Positions 27,801 through 40,743 of a stretch of DNA of 64,000 nt are shown here, one piece after another; within the stretch, counting starts at the first letter, position 1, and every line of letters begins with the position of its first letter. The DNA comes from Fistulifera solaris (lineage: Eukaryota), in the NCBI GenBank assembly GCA_030295235.1, contig AP026133.1, forward strand, positions 434,001 to 498,000. The letters run 5' to 3'. A program made the position numbers and the translations under genes. The notes under the pieces were generated by a model. That model did no database searches and was not told the DNA's origin. It saw nothing but the letters and a program-made list of their open reading frames with translations.

Positions 27801-29001
27801 TATCCGTTTCTTCGTCGACGTGAAGTTCTAACAATACATCCTCGTTACTCCCGCCAAAAAGTCGAGCTACCTCGCGCACCAAACTGGACTTGCCGGATCC
27901 TTGCTGACCCGTCAAAAGAATGGGATAGGGAGCACAAAGCGCTGCTCCGAGACGCGCCAAGTTTTGAGCTGTAGTTTCGGTATGTACAAGGGATGCTGGT
28001 CTCAGCGAAGATATCGATTCTTGGAGGGCATCATGCCTCACAAAAAGAATGCCCCGACCAACCTCTATCAAATAAGGGTGAAGAGGGATATGCTCACGAA
28101 TCAGCTCTGCCGAAGGCATATAAAAGGCCTCATCACCGGTATTGGTCCATAGTATTGTCGTTCGACCCTCCACATAAAGGGATTGCACAACTTCCTCTTC
28201 CCGATCCAGATCCCATGGATGCGGCACCCAAGGAACGAGCTCTTCCTCCACACCACGATCCGCATAAAAATCGGCTTTAACTTGACTAGAAAGCTGAAGA
28301 AGCCACGCCACGGCTCTTACGGTATGCCATTTTGTAGCTGGGTGATTGTCTTCGTCCTCCAAATTCATCCATCCAAATATCGGAGACCAATTCCACAACG
28401 AGGATAGTACTTTGTGATGCCTCATTTGACGACAATAAAAGCGACATAGACGATGTGTAGCTTCAGCAAGCAACCAATTGGGCGTTGATATGTTCGTCAA
28501 CGGACATTGTGGAAAGGTGCGAAACACGTCGGTCACAAGAGGCTCCAAATGAGGAGCGACCGGTAGCCAAATCGAAAAGAGTAGAAAGAGTGATTGGTAT
28601 TCCTCATTGAACGACGTACAAATACGAGCGGCGACATCCATCGCGATCGGAGCCATCGAACGAAGCAAAATGCGGAGATAGTCCACACGGCGCCATTTGT
28701 ACAGGACCTGTTCATCTTCAATTTCGTCGTCTTCGGTCGGCGGGGGATCATTTCGGGACTTCAGCTCTTGTCGCGCCGGCAAATCATCAACCGGAGTTTC
28801 TAACGTGTCGAGATGCGAGGCTTGCAAAAGTAATCTAGCAATCTGCTCTAAATAATCCGAAAGATCTCCCGTTTCGGAGTCCATAGGATCCGAACGAGCA
28901 ACAAGGGCCGCCGCGGAACGAATACGCTGCAGGTACACAAGGATCACATTTGCTGTATCCTCATCGACCGCTTTCGCTTCCTCGTCCGCTGTAACCCCCA
29001 T
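12802..29001 (-). CDS. MDN1: Midasin (Rea1) AAA+ ATPase for ribosome biogenesis
   Basis: Six Walker A motifs (GQQGSGKS, GETGCGKT, GPTSAGKT, GDTGCGKT, GSPGVGKT, GNSTVGKT), a long helical linker, a D/E-rich region, and a C-terminal MIDAS ('GDYRTGKRINMKRVISYIAS', 'AVDDSESM', 'ISDGR'). Intron 24738..24666. Broken into >10 ORFs by small indels. Confidence 0.96.
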
Positions 29002-29620
29002 TCTTTCGTCTCTGTAAAGGAACGTAGTTTTTTCGGTGAACAAGTATATTTCCTTACAATAAATGATAGTGGTGTTTTCGTTCCATCATTTTTCGATGAA
29101 GAATTTTTGCTGGCTCTGGCGAGAAAGTCAACCGACACCCGCACAGACGGGTATCCATTTTCTATTTTCTATTGGAGTTTCCGGGACCCGGGACTGAACA
29201 ACATCTGATTACTGGTATCTGAGGAGTCGGAAATGAAAAATAATCCGGAGTAGGTTCATAGAACCCCCCCGACTCACCTTGATTTTAGTCCTGGGAACTT
29301 ATATTATTATTTCTTCTAAAAACGTATTTTGTATTTGATGTTGAAAAAATTTATTCATCAACGACATCGTCACCACCATTGAATGGCCGACGCTTTTTAC
29401 TGGGTCTAGTTATGAGACAAACAAGTACTATTCCCATGTTTATCAACATACCTTTCTACTTGTACATTGTTCTGATTCAAAAGCCGTGCCTATGAGTATC
29501 TAATTGGTTACCAGGAACACAACGATGCGCACATGTCAAAGATGAAGGGGGTAATGTTAGAGAACTGATGGCAAAGTTGTTGGTTGCTCACATTTAAAAA
29601 TGAATTCCTGTGTTTCATGT

Positions 29621-30199
29621 CTATTTCTCCAAGAGAGCCTTCCACTTGTCCATCACCTTCTCTGGAGTGTCAACATGTCGAACACAATCATTGACGCCGT
29701 CGGTGGTAAGGACTCGACCGGACGCCTGATCGAGAAGAATCAGAGTCGGAACCCCAAACTGTCGATCTTCGACGCCGACTTCCTGTCGTTCCACCCCCGC
29801 ACATGTCTTGAAATGACGCTTCAAAGCGGATCGCTCCAAACCATTTTCGTAAGGGATTGCTTGAAAAACGGAATGATTGCAGCTTTTCATCATTTCTTCG
29901 GCACTGCGATCGCTGCTGACGTAGTACACCGAAAGATTGGATACATCGTTGGCTTTAGCCGCCTGGACCACCGCTTCCACCTTGGGCACATCCTTTTGAC
30001 AATCCGGGCACCAACCAGCGGAGAAGAGCAAACCCACAATTTTGACAGGTTTCTGTCTTTCAGAAAACTCCGTCAACGAAGGAAATCGATTGATTAAACT
30101 TTGAACGGACAAGGTTTCGACGCTGAAAGCAGCCGTACGCTTCATGGCCAGGGCGATTGCAGCAGTGCCAGAGAAAAGCAGTGCATCCATTCTTTTCAT
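29621..30199 (-). CDS. Thioredoxin-like protein (nucleoredoxin/tryparedoxin type)
   Basis: 'GLLFSAGWCPDC', 'YYVSSDRS', 'GVPTLILLD..SG.V.T.DG'; hydrophobic N-terminus. Confidence 0.8.
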   Translation of the reverse strand: MKRMDALLFSGTAAIALAMKRTAAFSVETLSVQSLINRFPSLTEFSERQKPVKIVGLLFSAGWCPDCQKDVPKVEAVVQAAKANDVSNLSVYYVSSDRSAEEMMKSCNHSVFQAIPYENGLERSALKRHFKTCAGVERQEVGVEDRQFGVPTLILLDQASGRVLTTDGVNDCVRHVDTPEKVMDKWKALLEK

Positions 30200-30782
30200 T
30201 TGATAGTCAATATAACAGCGCAGCAGCGCGGATTCAAACCTAAGAAAAAATGGGGTAAATACAGCAAACAATGAGCTCCGGTTGAAGCGCAACAACTCCC
30301 ATCTCACCCGTAGCTATTCAATCAAAACACTAAACCCGTTAGGACACAGGAAAATGGAAAATTGAACTCGAAATATCCACGTCCAAGTCCAAGTCCAAGT
30401 TCTTTGGAGGTTTCGGAACTAAAAAAAGGCTTTCTTTCCTCTACTATCCTATTTGCATTATCAATAGTATCCACCAATGGCATTACGGCATTACTCACCA
30501 AGAACCCAAACGAACTTCTTATTCAGTACCGTTTCTCATGAAAAGAAAGTACAAAAACGGACACGTTTCAGAAACTACTACTTAAACGATTATAGCAACA
30601 ACACACTATCTCTCGGAATGATGTATACTTCGTAATTGGCACGGATGCCCACGCACGATCTTTTTCGGTGAGGTGAAAAAAAAGGTTGACACAGAAATTC
30701 TTCTCCACTTTCAAGATCCGCAGAAAAAATTGGACACAATCTTTACTTCCAATGCCGGTTTTAGAAGTTAACCTTTAACACC

Positions 30783-33498
30783 ATGAAGATACTTTCCGCG
30801 TGGCTTTTCGCCGGGCTATTCGCACCCTGTAGTGCGTACGACTACGTCCTTATAGGGTGAGTTGACTTTCAGCCATTGTTCGTTATCTCGTCCTTCGTTT
30901 TGTTTGACTCACCTTTCAACGCTCACCCATCGACGCAGAGCGGGCGAAATTGAACTGATCGACAAAGAAACATCCATCCCTGGAATTAAAACGATCTTCA
31001 AGGACAAACCGGCCCTGGTTTCTGTCAGCGGCATAGAATGGGAAGCAAGCGAGACGCCCACAAATACTTTGAGCTTGAACTGGGTGACGCTCGTCGACGG
31101 AGAAATCGTCACGAGTGGCTCCGTCGATTTGGACAGTTCTTCGCGAGAACTGCTCACCAGTGTCGATGCTGGTGAAGTTATCATCAGTGATAGAGGGCGT
31201 TCGACCGTTGAAGTGCGTCTGCAGGTGGACAATTCGTCGGCGAGCACGACCGCGGAGTTTCAAGTCTTTGGTGCAGGTGCCGCCATTGCGCCTCTCTTGA
31301 TCATCTTGTTCTTGGCCATGACAACCAAAATGGTAAGTGAAACGATGAAGGAAAATAAATTTAAGATTACCTTCTCCTCACCGCCATATAGGTGGAGTTT
31401 TCGCTATTTACAGGAGTATTCGTGGGTGCATGCATGATCGCCGGAAACATCAACGATGGCTTCAAGTCGACTCTAGACACATATATCCTCGGAGCCATCA
31501 ATGATGAAGGACACGTTTTTGTTGTGCTTTTCACGCTCTTCTTGAGTGGAATGGTTGGCATGATGCAAAGGTCAGGTGGTATGCTCGGCTTTACCAGAGA
31601 TGTCAGTCGTTTTGCGACGACGCCGCGCCTGGGACAAGCAGCCTGTTTTGCGGTTGGCTGCTTCATTTTCTTTGACGATTATGCCAACTGCTTGCTGGCA
31701 GGAGAAACGATGCGCCCTCTTCTTGACCTGCTAAGTGTTTCGCGAGAGAAGCTTGCCTTTCTCGTCGACGCAACGGCCGCTCCTGTGGCGAGTATCTCGC
31801 CCGTATCGAGTTGGGTGGGTTTTGAAGTCGACCTCATTCAACAAGAAATTGACAAAATCATTGAAATTGAAAGCATCCGACAAGGTGTTGACAATCCGGT
31901 AAGTGCACACACATAGCTCGAGAATCTTTAGTCAATCATACACTCACATATCGACCCATTCGCAGGAAATCAGCATCAAGACTTCTGGTTTCGCAGTTTT
32001 CTTTCAAAGTATCAAGTATCGCTACTATGTAAGTGCATGGGAATTCGACGGTCGAAGGCGTGATCTTCGAAATCCTAACACATAGCACTTTCGTCTTTCG
32101 ATAGCCTATCCACATGATCATCTTTATCGTTGTTATGATATACTCAAACCGCGACTTTGGCACGATGTTGATCGCGGAACGTAAGGCACGTGTCTACCAA
32201 CGAAAGGATGGAGGCGATGGAAAAGGTAGAGCAAGCGAACTCGAGGAAAAGGCAGAGAACCAGCCCAAAGATGACACTCCGCTTCGTTCTTGGAATATGC
32301 TCTTGCCAGTTTTCCTTTTGATATTCTTCATTTTTTATTTGCTGGTCAAGAGCGGTGAAGTCGAGGGAGAAGACCAGACCATCATGGACAAAATTGAGGT
32401 TTCAGATAGCTATGTGGCTCTCTTGTGGGGCACCATGGCAGCAGCCATGTGTACTCTTCTTGTTTATCTGGTTCAAATAGTCAAGGATGGAGAATTCGTT
32501 CTTCCTACCACAGTACTCTCGGAAATGATGTCCAACGTGTTGAACAGAGACACCGATGACGACGGAGTTTCAAAGACTCGCCCACTAATGAGTGTGAACG
32601 ATTCCATCGAAGCCTTTTTATTCGGAATGGGGCGAATTTGTAAGTCATCGCGTGTCATGACTTTGTTCTGGCTGAATGAATCTAACGCGTCCATTTTTAG
32701 TTCCGGCATTGATTGTGCTGACCTTAGCTTGGGCCTCCGGAGCAATCATGGTCGCTGTCGGTGCAGACCGTCTCTTTTCAGCAATTATCACGAACGGGAT
32801 AGAAGCGAAATGGCTCCCTACTCTCTCCTTCGTGATTTCTTTGTTCATGGCGTTAGCGACTGGTAAGATCGTTTTCAATAAAACTTAGTTTACTGACCTA
32901 CCATTGCTTGCGAACTCATCGTTGCATCTCATTTGCAGGTACATCATGGGGTACCATGAGCATTCTCTTCCCTCTCATCTTGATTCCAACATACGATGCT
33001 GCGAATGGCGACGAAACCATTTTCTACGCTGTCACGGCTGGCGTCCTCAGCGGTAGCGTCGCTGGCGACCACGTTAGTCCCATTTCAGACACGACCGTGC
33101 TAAGTGCACTAGCGTGCGACTGCGACCTTTTGGCTCACGTGAGCACTCAAGCTCCCTACGCTGCTTTTGTAAGCGTGATAGCCATATTGCTGGGTACAAT
33201 TCCAATCGGTTTTGATGCATTCCCTAACATCGTTGGACTATTGCTGGGTTGGGGTGTAACCATTGCATTCATTTACTTGGTGTGCGTTCCAGTCATCAGT
33301 GAAACTGGAAAGTATGATATTCTGACTGAGCTGTATTTCAAGATTCGTGGTGGTGACGACTCGCCGCTCGCAATTCTTAAGGAAGACACAGCAAAAGCCT
33401 TTTCCGGCGAGCTGGTTATAAAAGAAAAGAATTTGGAGAGCTCAGGCAGCGAAGACGAAGAGGATCCAATTCTCAAGGATTTGGACGATGAATCCTAA
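30783..33498 (+). CDS. NhaC-family (IT superfamily) Na+/H+ antiporter-like transporter with signal peptide
   Basis: 'FFDDYANCLLAGETMRPLLD..VSREKLAFLVDATAAPVAS', 'GTSWGTMSILFP', 'GDHVSPISDTTVLS'. Several GT-AG introns (donors ~30857, 31333, 31899, 32028, 32640, 32863). Exon 1 encodes MKILSAWLFAGLFAPCSA. Confidence 0.85.
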
Positions 33499-33746
33499 GG
33501 TTTTTGGCCGCGAAAATCGTTCGATGCGTCTTTTCTGAGCCATGCCAGGCGATAGTATGCATTCTGTGTTTGTTTATATTGATTTGTCGTAACTTTTATA
33601 TAAATGAGTAATGTGTTATTTGGATACGCAATGACGAATGACGTAATAGAGAGGAAGCATTAGCACAGAAATATGAGACGTCCGACATCAGTACTAAGTA
33701 CATGAAAGATAGATCTAACAAATGTAGAAGGCCAAAAGTATAAAAA

Positions 33747-36128
33747 CTAGAAACTGACATGAGCCAGAAGAAAGATACCGGTCATCGACAAAAGGGAAAC
33801 GGTGATAATTTTTCCAGATGAGGCCTCAAGTACACTACAGAGATTTTCGGAACAATCCACCGTCTCTGAAACGTCTCCTTCACATGGCAATCCACCATTA
33901 GCAGGAGCAGGATTATTGCACGCTCTAAAACGAGTCATGGTACCTCTGCAACAAGTAGTATAAGCTCCCCATTCTTAAATCGCGAGAATGAGTTTCAGAT
34001 CAATAAAAATAAATCCAATTGAATCAACTTCACTTACCGCTCCAACCTCCGTCAACAGGTTCAATCACCTGCTGCAAGCAGGTCGTCACAGTCCAATCAA
34101 AATGCTCGTTGCAACAATCCTCGGGGTTCGAGTACTGCTCGGTCAATGATGCGCCCTGTGGCGGTGCTTCCGGATCCGTAACACGCACGCAAATCTGGCG
34201 GTTGTAATTGGGCGAGAAAAAAGATGTGCAAGTATCCTCGGAGCAGGTTTGAGTCTCCTCTGCTTCTCCTTCACAGTCTGAGGACGCTTTTAAGCATTCA
34301 CGAGTTCGTGATTGTTTGCGGTCGCAACACTCGCCAAATTCCGACCATTCCGACCAACCGCCATTCTCACATGTATCACTCGTACACGCCTGTATAATGC
34401 GATCACTGCCTTCGCATTCTTCACCACCATTAGCAGGAGCAGGGTTCGTACAAGTACGTGTCATTAATTGTTCGAGATCACAACAGGGCCCAGCGCTCGA
34501 CCATTCCGACCATCCTCCATTGATTGGAGGATTCGCACCAGCGCTAATACAACTTTGTAATGCAAAATCAAAGTTGTCGTTGCAACAGTCATCATAGTCG
34601 TTGTAAGCCAAATTGGGATCCACTCCCACGGGAGGCCTTCCTGTGAGAACGCACGTTGTTGTCGAGTAGTCGGGATAATACTTGATCACACAAACATCTG
34701 GCGAGCAAGCAGTTTCTTGTGTTGCCTCCCCAATGCAACCACGACCTGAGTTAATATCCGGTGAAGCGAGACACTCTCGCGTTTGTCTCTGTTTCCCTTC
34801 ACAGCACTCATCTAATTCACTCCACTCAGACCATCCCGCATTAGGACAGTCGACCGGGAAACAAGCGACGGACCGCAACGATTCTCCCACACACTCCGCT
34901 CCATTGCCCGCCGGTTGCGGATTGGTGCAGGATCGATTTTCTAACCGCAATTCATCGCAACAAGGCCGACTTGTGTCCCAGTCACTCCAATTTCCATCAA
35001 TGTCTCCACAGCCCGACGACACTGTACAGGTACCCGCGTCATCTTTACAATATCCCTCGGAGCAAGTACACGAACACGAGGCATAATCAAAGTCTCCGAA
35101 TACGCAATCGGCCGGAATGGGAGTATAACACGCGCCTTGTTCACACTGAGAACGGTAAAGATTGGTGGTCACCGGGGCACGCAGGTACTCAATCACGTCC
35201 GAAATGGTGACAAAGAAGACATCACTGTACGCTGCATTCGTGTCTTCAATAAATCTCTTTAATTGAAAATTGTTGTTGACCATCCAGTTCCATGTCACAG
35301 CAATATGCAACGGAGCCTTGTTGCCCGTGTAACGACGCTGCAAATTCTGATTCAATATTTCGTACACATTTTCCGAACTAAAGTCAATCGGATTCAATAC
35401 CGTGTTGTCCAGTCCATACATGGGACCCATCGGAACCTCCCACAATCCTGGCAACGTCGCATTCAAACAATTGCATCCAATCTCACCATATCCTACTCCG
35501 TCGAACGTAAATGGCCACAGAGTATTGCTCCCCGCACCCGCTTGCGCGTTATCGGGCAGCGCAATGGACGAATCGTACAACAATTGCAAACTATACATAC
35601 TTTGCAAAGTTTCAAACGTATACGCCGTCGGCGGCGCCCGGTATCCCCGCAATTCGTCCGTCCCCAAACCACATCCGGCGAGAAAGGCCAAATTCCCCTG
35701 AATTTCTTCCGGGGGAGGATTGATGGAAGAAGTACCGGCAATCTCGTGTTCACCTTGACGCAAGGCCTGAATCATTTGACAGGTCGTGTCGTTGGTGGGT
35801 GTCACAAAGAAAGTAGCCTTAATGCCACAACCAAATTGATTTCGCACTTCGGTCAATGGACGGAACGCACGCAGAGACGATTCGGACGCCGGGTCGGTCA
35901 TAGAAATGATTACAAACTGCGGAATGTCTGCCAACGCAATGATGTTGGTCAGTGGAGATGTTGAAGCTGCCATATTGTCCTGTTTTGAAATGAGAAAGAA
36001 GTCAAGTTGAGGAAGCCGTCAGCAGTCGAGTGTGCGTGCGACGTTCAGGCATGTGCAAGACGTACCTGTGACCGTGTCAATCTCAAAAGGAAGGACGCTC
36101 CAAGGAGCCGAATTAATTCTAATCTCAT
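33747..36128 (-). CDS. Secreted, probably GPI-anchored protein: CE4/chitin-deacetylase-like domain, 5 thrombospondin type-1 repeats and 2 Cys-rich 'YPxY' modules
   Basis: Signal exon 36128..36066; introns 36065..35980 and 34037..33974. CE4-like motifs 'IKATFFV', 'HEIA', 'GYRAP', 'LYDSS', 'WPFT', 'GLWEVPM'. Repeats of 'GxWSEW...CC...R.R.C'. Hydrophobic C-terminus. Confidence 0.8.
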
Positions 36129-36852
36129 TGTTGGCTTTTTTCTTTCTCAACTACTCTAGATGAATCAAGATCCTTCTCCTTCTGTGATGTTGGTTCGATG
36201 ACAGGTTACCAGGTACCGATCATCCATAAAAATAAATGAATGTGGTGTTCGAGCCGCCTGCCATTCTTGTCGTGCAACTTCGTGGAAGCAAGTCTCAGCA
36301 CGAGTATCGACTATTGTGTACATCAGTGGTGCAGAAACCATGCACGCCAGCCTGGAGTTGGTGGCATTTCTCCCCCTTCTTCCTCCATAAATCCACCCGA
36401 AACGTGAATGAAGGATAAGGGCGAACGAATTCGCTCTGCCGCTTACAAAACAGTCCATACTGTGATGTCGCTCCGGTCGTGGGTGAATACAGACAAGAAC
36501 ATGAAAATCAAAGAGGAGAGTGAATCAAGTGGGATTGAGTTATCGAAAAAACGTGTTCTGGTTGATAGTCGAATCCTTGGCATAAGCTTGCCAATTTTCT
36601 ATTTTGTTATCTTATAATGCGTTCCATACAGAGCGTAACCATTCGTATGTCCTCCGATAGCTTGTCAAAACATCTTTCTTCGAAGTAACACCGAGGTGGC
36701 ATTCGATTCCAGAAACCTGAACTGTAAGGTTGCCGCTCGTCGCGATTCAAGGTGTATTTGAGCTTTGAGCTTATCGCTGAGCTAATGATTCTTTCGCTAG
36801 AATCGGTGAATGTCTATATATCGGAGGAGCACCAACCGATAACAAGAACGAA

Positions 36853-37590
36853 TCACGTAGCCATATCCGTCGACGAGTCAATCTGCATAATACCTTGTTC
36901 TCGCTGAAGCAACATGTTTTGATAAGCATCTCCCGTCAGTAGCTTATCTGCACCACCCACTGCTTGCAAAAAAGGATCTTCCGTGTCGGACATGTCTTTG
37001 TCACTCTCGTCTAGATCATCATCGTCGTCGTCTTCATCATCATCCTTCTTTTTCTTCTTACGCTTGGCCGCCAAGGCTCTCTCTTCTTGGCGTTCCAACG
37101 TTTTGATTTCGCGCAATTTCAGTTTCCGACCCGTCGGCTCGGGCGTGTCTTCTTCTTGATCGGCGAGACTGCGAATGGCCGGTTCTTTGACACACATGGC
37201 ACACGCCCGGTAGTACGTCCGCGCGGAAGCCGTCACGGCAGTCTCGTCGTCATCTGCCGCAATATCCGGTCGATGGTTGTTCCATTGCTCCAACAAAGCG
37301 AGGGACTGTGGTGACGACCTCGTGCAGGATTCGCAAATGGTATGATAGGCGGCTTTGACGTTGCGGTTTCCACAATGATTGCATTTGGCGGGTGCCGTTA
37401 ATGGCTTGTATTTGCGGTATTGTTTCTTCCATTCGATCTTTTCGTGGCATCGTCGACAAACGTGTTGAATGGGAGAAGCTAGAATGGCGGCAGTTTTCTT
37501 GGACTTGGGATTGTGATGGAATGCAAACTTGTTCTGGTGAACGGGTGCGTGGCCTTTCTTCTTTTTCTTGACGGCTTGGTCCTGCGGCAT
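36853..37590 (-). CDS. C9orf85-like (DUF2039) Cys-rich protein
   Basis: 'HQNKFAFHHN..SKKT', 'VCRRCHEKIEWKKQYRKYKPL', 'KC..C....VK.AYH.IC..C'. Confidence 0.8.
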   Translation of the reverse strand: MPQDQAVKKKKKGHAPVHQNKFAFHHNPKSKKTAAILASPIQHVCRRCHEKIEWKKQYRKYKPLTAPAKCNHCGNRNVKAAYHTICESCTRSSPQSLALLEQWNNHRPDIAADDDETAVTASARTYYRACAMCVKEPAIRSLADQEEDTPEPTGRKLKLREIKTLERQEERALAAKRKKKKKDDDEDDDDDDLDESDKDMSDTEDPFLQAVGGADKLLTGDAYQNMLLQREQGIMQIDSSTDMAT

Positions 37591-37968
37591 GTTACAGCGG
37601 TGTTCCGTAAGGCTTAATAAATAGAATAAATAGAAGTGAAAGGAACGACGGTAAGAGGCGATTGGTTCCGACCTGTGTGTATCTTCGTTCGTTTTATCTT
37701 TTTCTTCTACATCATGTATTCGGTGGAGGACGAGAAAAGCGTACGGGCGGTCGAGAACAGACGGTAGGTACAGAAGACGGTTTGTACATAGTAAAAAGAT
37801 GGACCGGTACCGGTATTTCTTTCCTTAGTTCTTCTTTACAAGGTACGCGCAAAACGAACAGCTCATTTTCCCTCGCTTTCAAACAAAACTACAAACGAAG
37901 CTTGCGCTTTCAATAATTATGAGTATTCATTCGTTATTCACCTACAAACACACACACTCTGAGTAATA

Positions 37969-38310
37969 ATGGCAAAAGGAAAACAAGGGCTTTATTTAGA
38001 AAGCTGGAAATTTGCCGTCTACTTGGCGGTTCCCATTGCTGCTTCGTGGTACTATTCCGACCCCCAACGACAAAAGGAATCGGCCGACTACTGGCAATAC
38101 GTAAAATATCCTGCTAATCCCAATGTAAATATGAAAGAACAAATCGAAGTCTTGGCTGCCCAGCAAAAGCAAAGGAATGCGTATCGAGAACAAATGAAAG
38201 AATTGCAAGCGCAAGCCGCGCGGGCGGAACAAGCGAGAGCAGAAACATCACAAAGACGATGGTGGAACTGGAAAGGATTTGGGAGAGAGAAGAGTGCTAC
38301 CGAGAGTTAA
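37969..38310 (+). CDS. PET100: PET100-like cytochrome c oxidase assembly factor
   Basis: N-terminal 'LESWKFAVYLAVPIAASWYY' followed by a coiled coil; 113 aa. Confidence 0.65.
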   Translation: MAKGKQGLYLESWKFAVYLAVPIAASWYYSDPQRQKESADYWQYVKYPANPNVNMKEQIEVLAAQQKQRNAYREQMKELQAQAARAEQARAETSQRRWWNWKGFGREKSATES

Positions 38311-38462
38311 TGAAAAAGGAATAAAGTAAACGAGGACATAAGCCATGTCGATCTTTGTTGCTAAACGAATGGTAACCTAGGGAAGAAAGTGTTGGATACA
38401 AAGTAGAATCCAGATCAAATCAATCGCACAAAACAAATGTATAGCTTTATCTTTATTCATAT

Positions 38463-39873
38463 CTATAGCTGAAACGACGTTTCTTCTTCCATCACTGGCT
38501 CTTCCTCCTCTATCTCTTCATTCAACGGGATCATCACCTTCTCTTCGTCCTCGTCCTCTACAAGCAAAGGAGGAGGTTGAGAGGTCATCGCATCACCACA
38601 ATCACGCAAGGAATTCTTGGCCAAATGCCACAGAGGCATCAAACGGAACGGTTCCTCGCAAAAATGACTAATTTCATCAATTCCTAATGTGCAATACCCT
38701 AACGTGGCCGTTGTGATGATAGTGGCGACGCTATCGAGCATGTTGGTGCCCCGTAGCGCCAATGGCAGATGAAAGAGATAAAACAGCAAAAGCCGGGCCG
38801 TGTGCGTCGTATAAACGGGAGGAATCGGGCTGGCTTGAATTCGTTCGGTAATCATGATGCAGTAATTCAATTGCTGTACGTTGTGATCCAGTCGAGAGGC
38901 TTCCGATGTTGTCAATAAACCCCGTGACAACATGTGCGCAAAAATTTGTCGCAGTCGAGTCACGACGGCCACAGGTCGTTTTCGTTGCTGCAAAATATAA
39001 GCCGCGTCGGCACTCAAGCTGTCAGCGAATGATTTCTTTTCTTTCGGGGAACACGGCAACATGACACGAAGTATATCTTCATCGGTACCATTGACTTCCC
39101 TCGCCCCGCAGAAATCCTTTCAGCAACCACGCAAAGAGAGCTACATGCCGAGCAGCTTTGAGTCCAAGAGCTTGATCTTTCGGATACACATTGGAGGCAA
39201 TTAATTGCGCCATATCGCGTGTGTAGAGTACGACTTTGCCGAAAGCCAATCGACCTTCGTTCAATCGACTGAGACCTTGATTCGATCGGAGCGTCAATAA
39301 AGCGGCCACGAATGTACTGACGAGCGAAAGTGGGGCCATGGATATTATGTGGGTGGGTGCCGCGATGTGGTCGTAGAACCAACACGCGAGGCAAGTCCAA
39401 ACCATCAAAACCGCCAACGGAGGAGCAACCCGGGCTAATACGCGACTTCTATGAAAGGCTAAAATGTGATCAATATATCTTCGTCGTGAACTGTGTCTCT
39501 TCCATTCTTCCAAAGTCCATGTGTTGGTGAAGGATCGTTTGCGGTGATGCATTTTCGGCACGGTAGGGTCGTAGTAACTGGACCGAAGTTCGAGAACTTT
39601 TTGAATGTCTTGGGCATACTTCTGCAGTGAATCACCAGAATAATCCATTACGCTAGAGCATCTGACAGGGAAGTAATTGTTGTAATTTTGTTGAGTTCGT
39701 GTTGACGATATCTTCCAGCTGGGTTGATTATGCCGACGAAAAATCGTCAAATGAACATAGGCATCACATGTTGTCGAACAAAAACCGAAAAAGATGAGCG
39801 TAAAACGCATTCTAACGTGAATGCGCTCGTCGCTCTTTCGACCTTTTGAACTAAATTTGATCGCCAACAGCAA
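38463..39873 (-). CDS. Bestrophin-like (UPF0187) channel, probably plastid-targeted
   Basis: 'LLTLRSNQGLSRLNEGR', 'ERIQASPIPPVYTTHTARLL', 'GIDEISHFCEEPF'. One frameshift at ~39100. The true start is probably downstream of 39873 (MRFTLIFFGF...). Confidence 0.85.
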
Positions 39874-40743
39874 TATTCAGAAGATTTGTTCTCTTTTGAT
39901 TTCTTTGGAGGGAGTTATTGTAAACAAATGCTTCTTTCTGCTCTTAAAAATGTTTGTCGTTGTCGTTGTCGTTGTCGTTGAAAAACAATAAACGGACTTC
40001 GTCTTTGTGGTGACCACGTTGCGTGACGTATGTAAGTAAGAAGAAGTGTACTTAGGACATCTTGATTGAAGACGTCATCACAATGTTCCGAGTTGTCAAG
40101 GGTCAAGGAGCTGGTATGAACTTTACCACGACTGCTTGAGGAGTCAGGACTAGTCATGATTTCTCGTTCTCGTGTCATAAAGACACGAATGACAAATAAT
40201 GATCTTCTATTCTAAAAGTAACTATAGAATGTAAAATGTCTTCTTTTCATTTATTCTAGGCCGCTTAGAGTCCCTGAACACAAAACACGGAGCGAGGGTC
40301 CACTGGATATCAGCTATTTATCCGGAAGGAGTGCACTTGGCGTCAGCAACTAGGATTCTCAATTGTGTTAAAGGATGCCTTGGTAAAATTGTTTCATTCG
40401 TCGAGTTGCTATCCTTTTTCGTTGGCACTGTATCCGTACCATTCGTATTCACGGTCGACAAATTTTAAGTCTGTCAGGCGTACGTCACCGTAGCCGACGC
40501 AAGCCGCACGGAGGACGGATGTACCCGGTACAGTACAAGTACACTTGTACCTGGTACGGTACCGTACCTTTTTCCCTGTTCGTGTTCGTTCGCTCTTTCG
40601 CCTTTTTTTTAGGTTTGTCATTTTCGTTTCATCGTTTTCCTTCTGCCGTCGAGACCATTTGGAACATTTACACGACATAAAAATACACATTTTGCAAGTT
40701 AGCTGTATTAAAACCGTCCGAAACTACGACGAACAAGAGTAGC

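Noticed and set aside
12802..29001. Midasin as a pseudogene or as many separate genes
   Set aside because: Domain order is complete and collinear for an essential gene. The breaks match the window-wide indel error pattern.
29176..29300. Imperfect nested inverted repeats upstream of midasin (ccgggactgaa/ttagtcctggg; gagtcgg/ccgactc)
   Set aside because: Too short and degenerate, with no clear TSD, to call a MITE or RNA structure.
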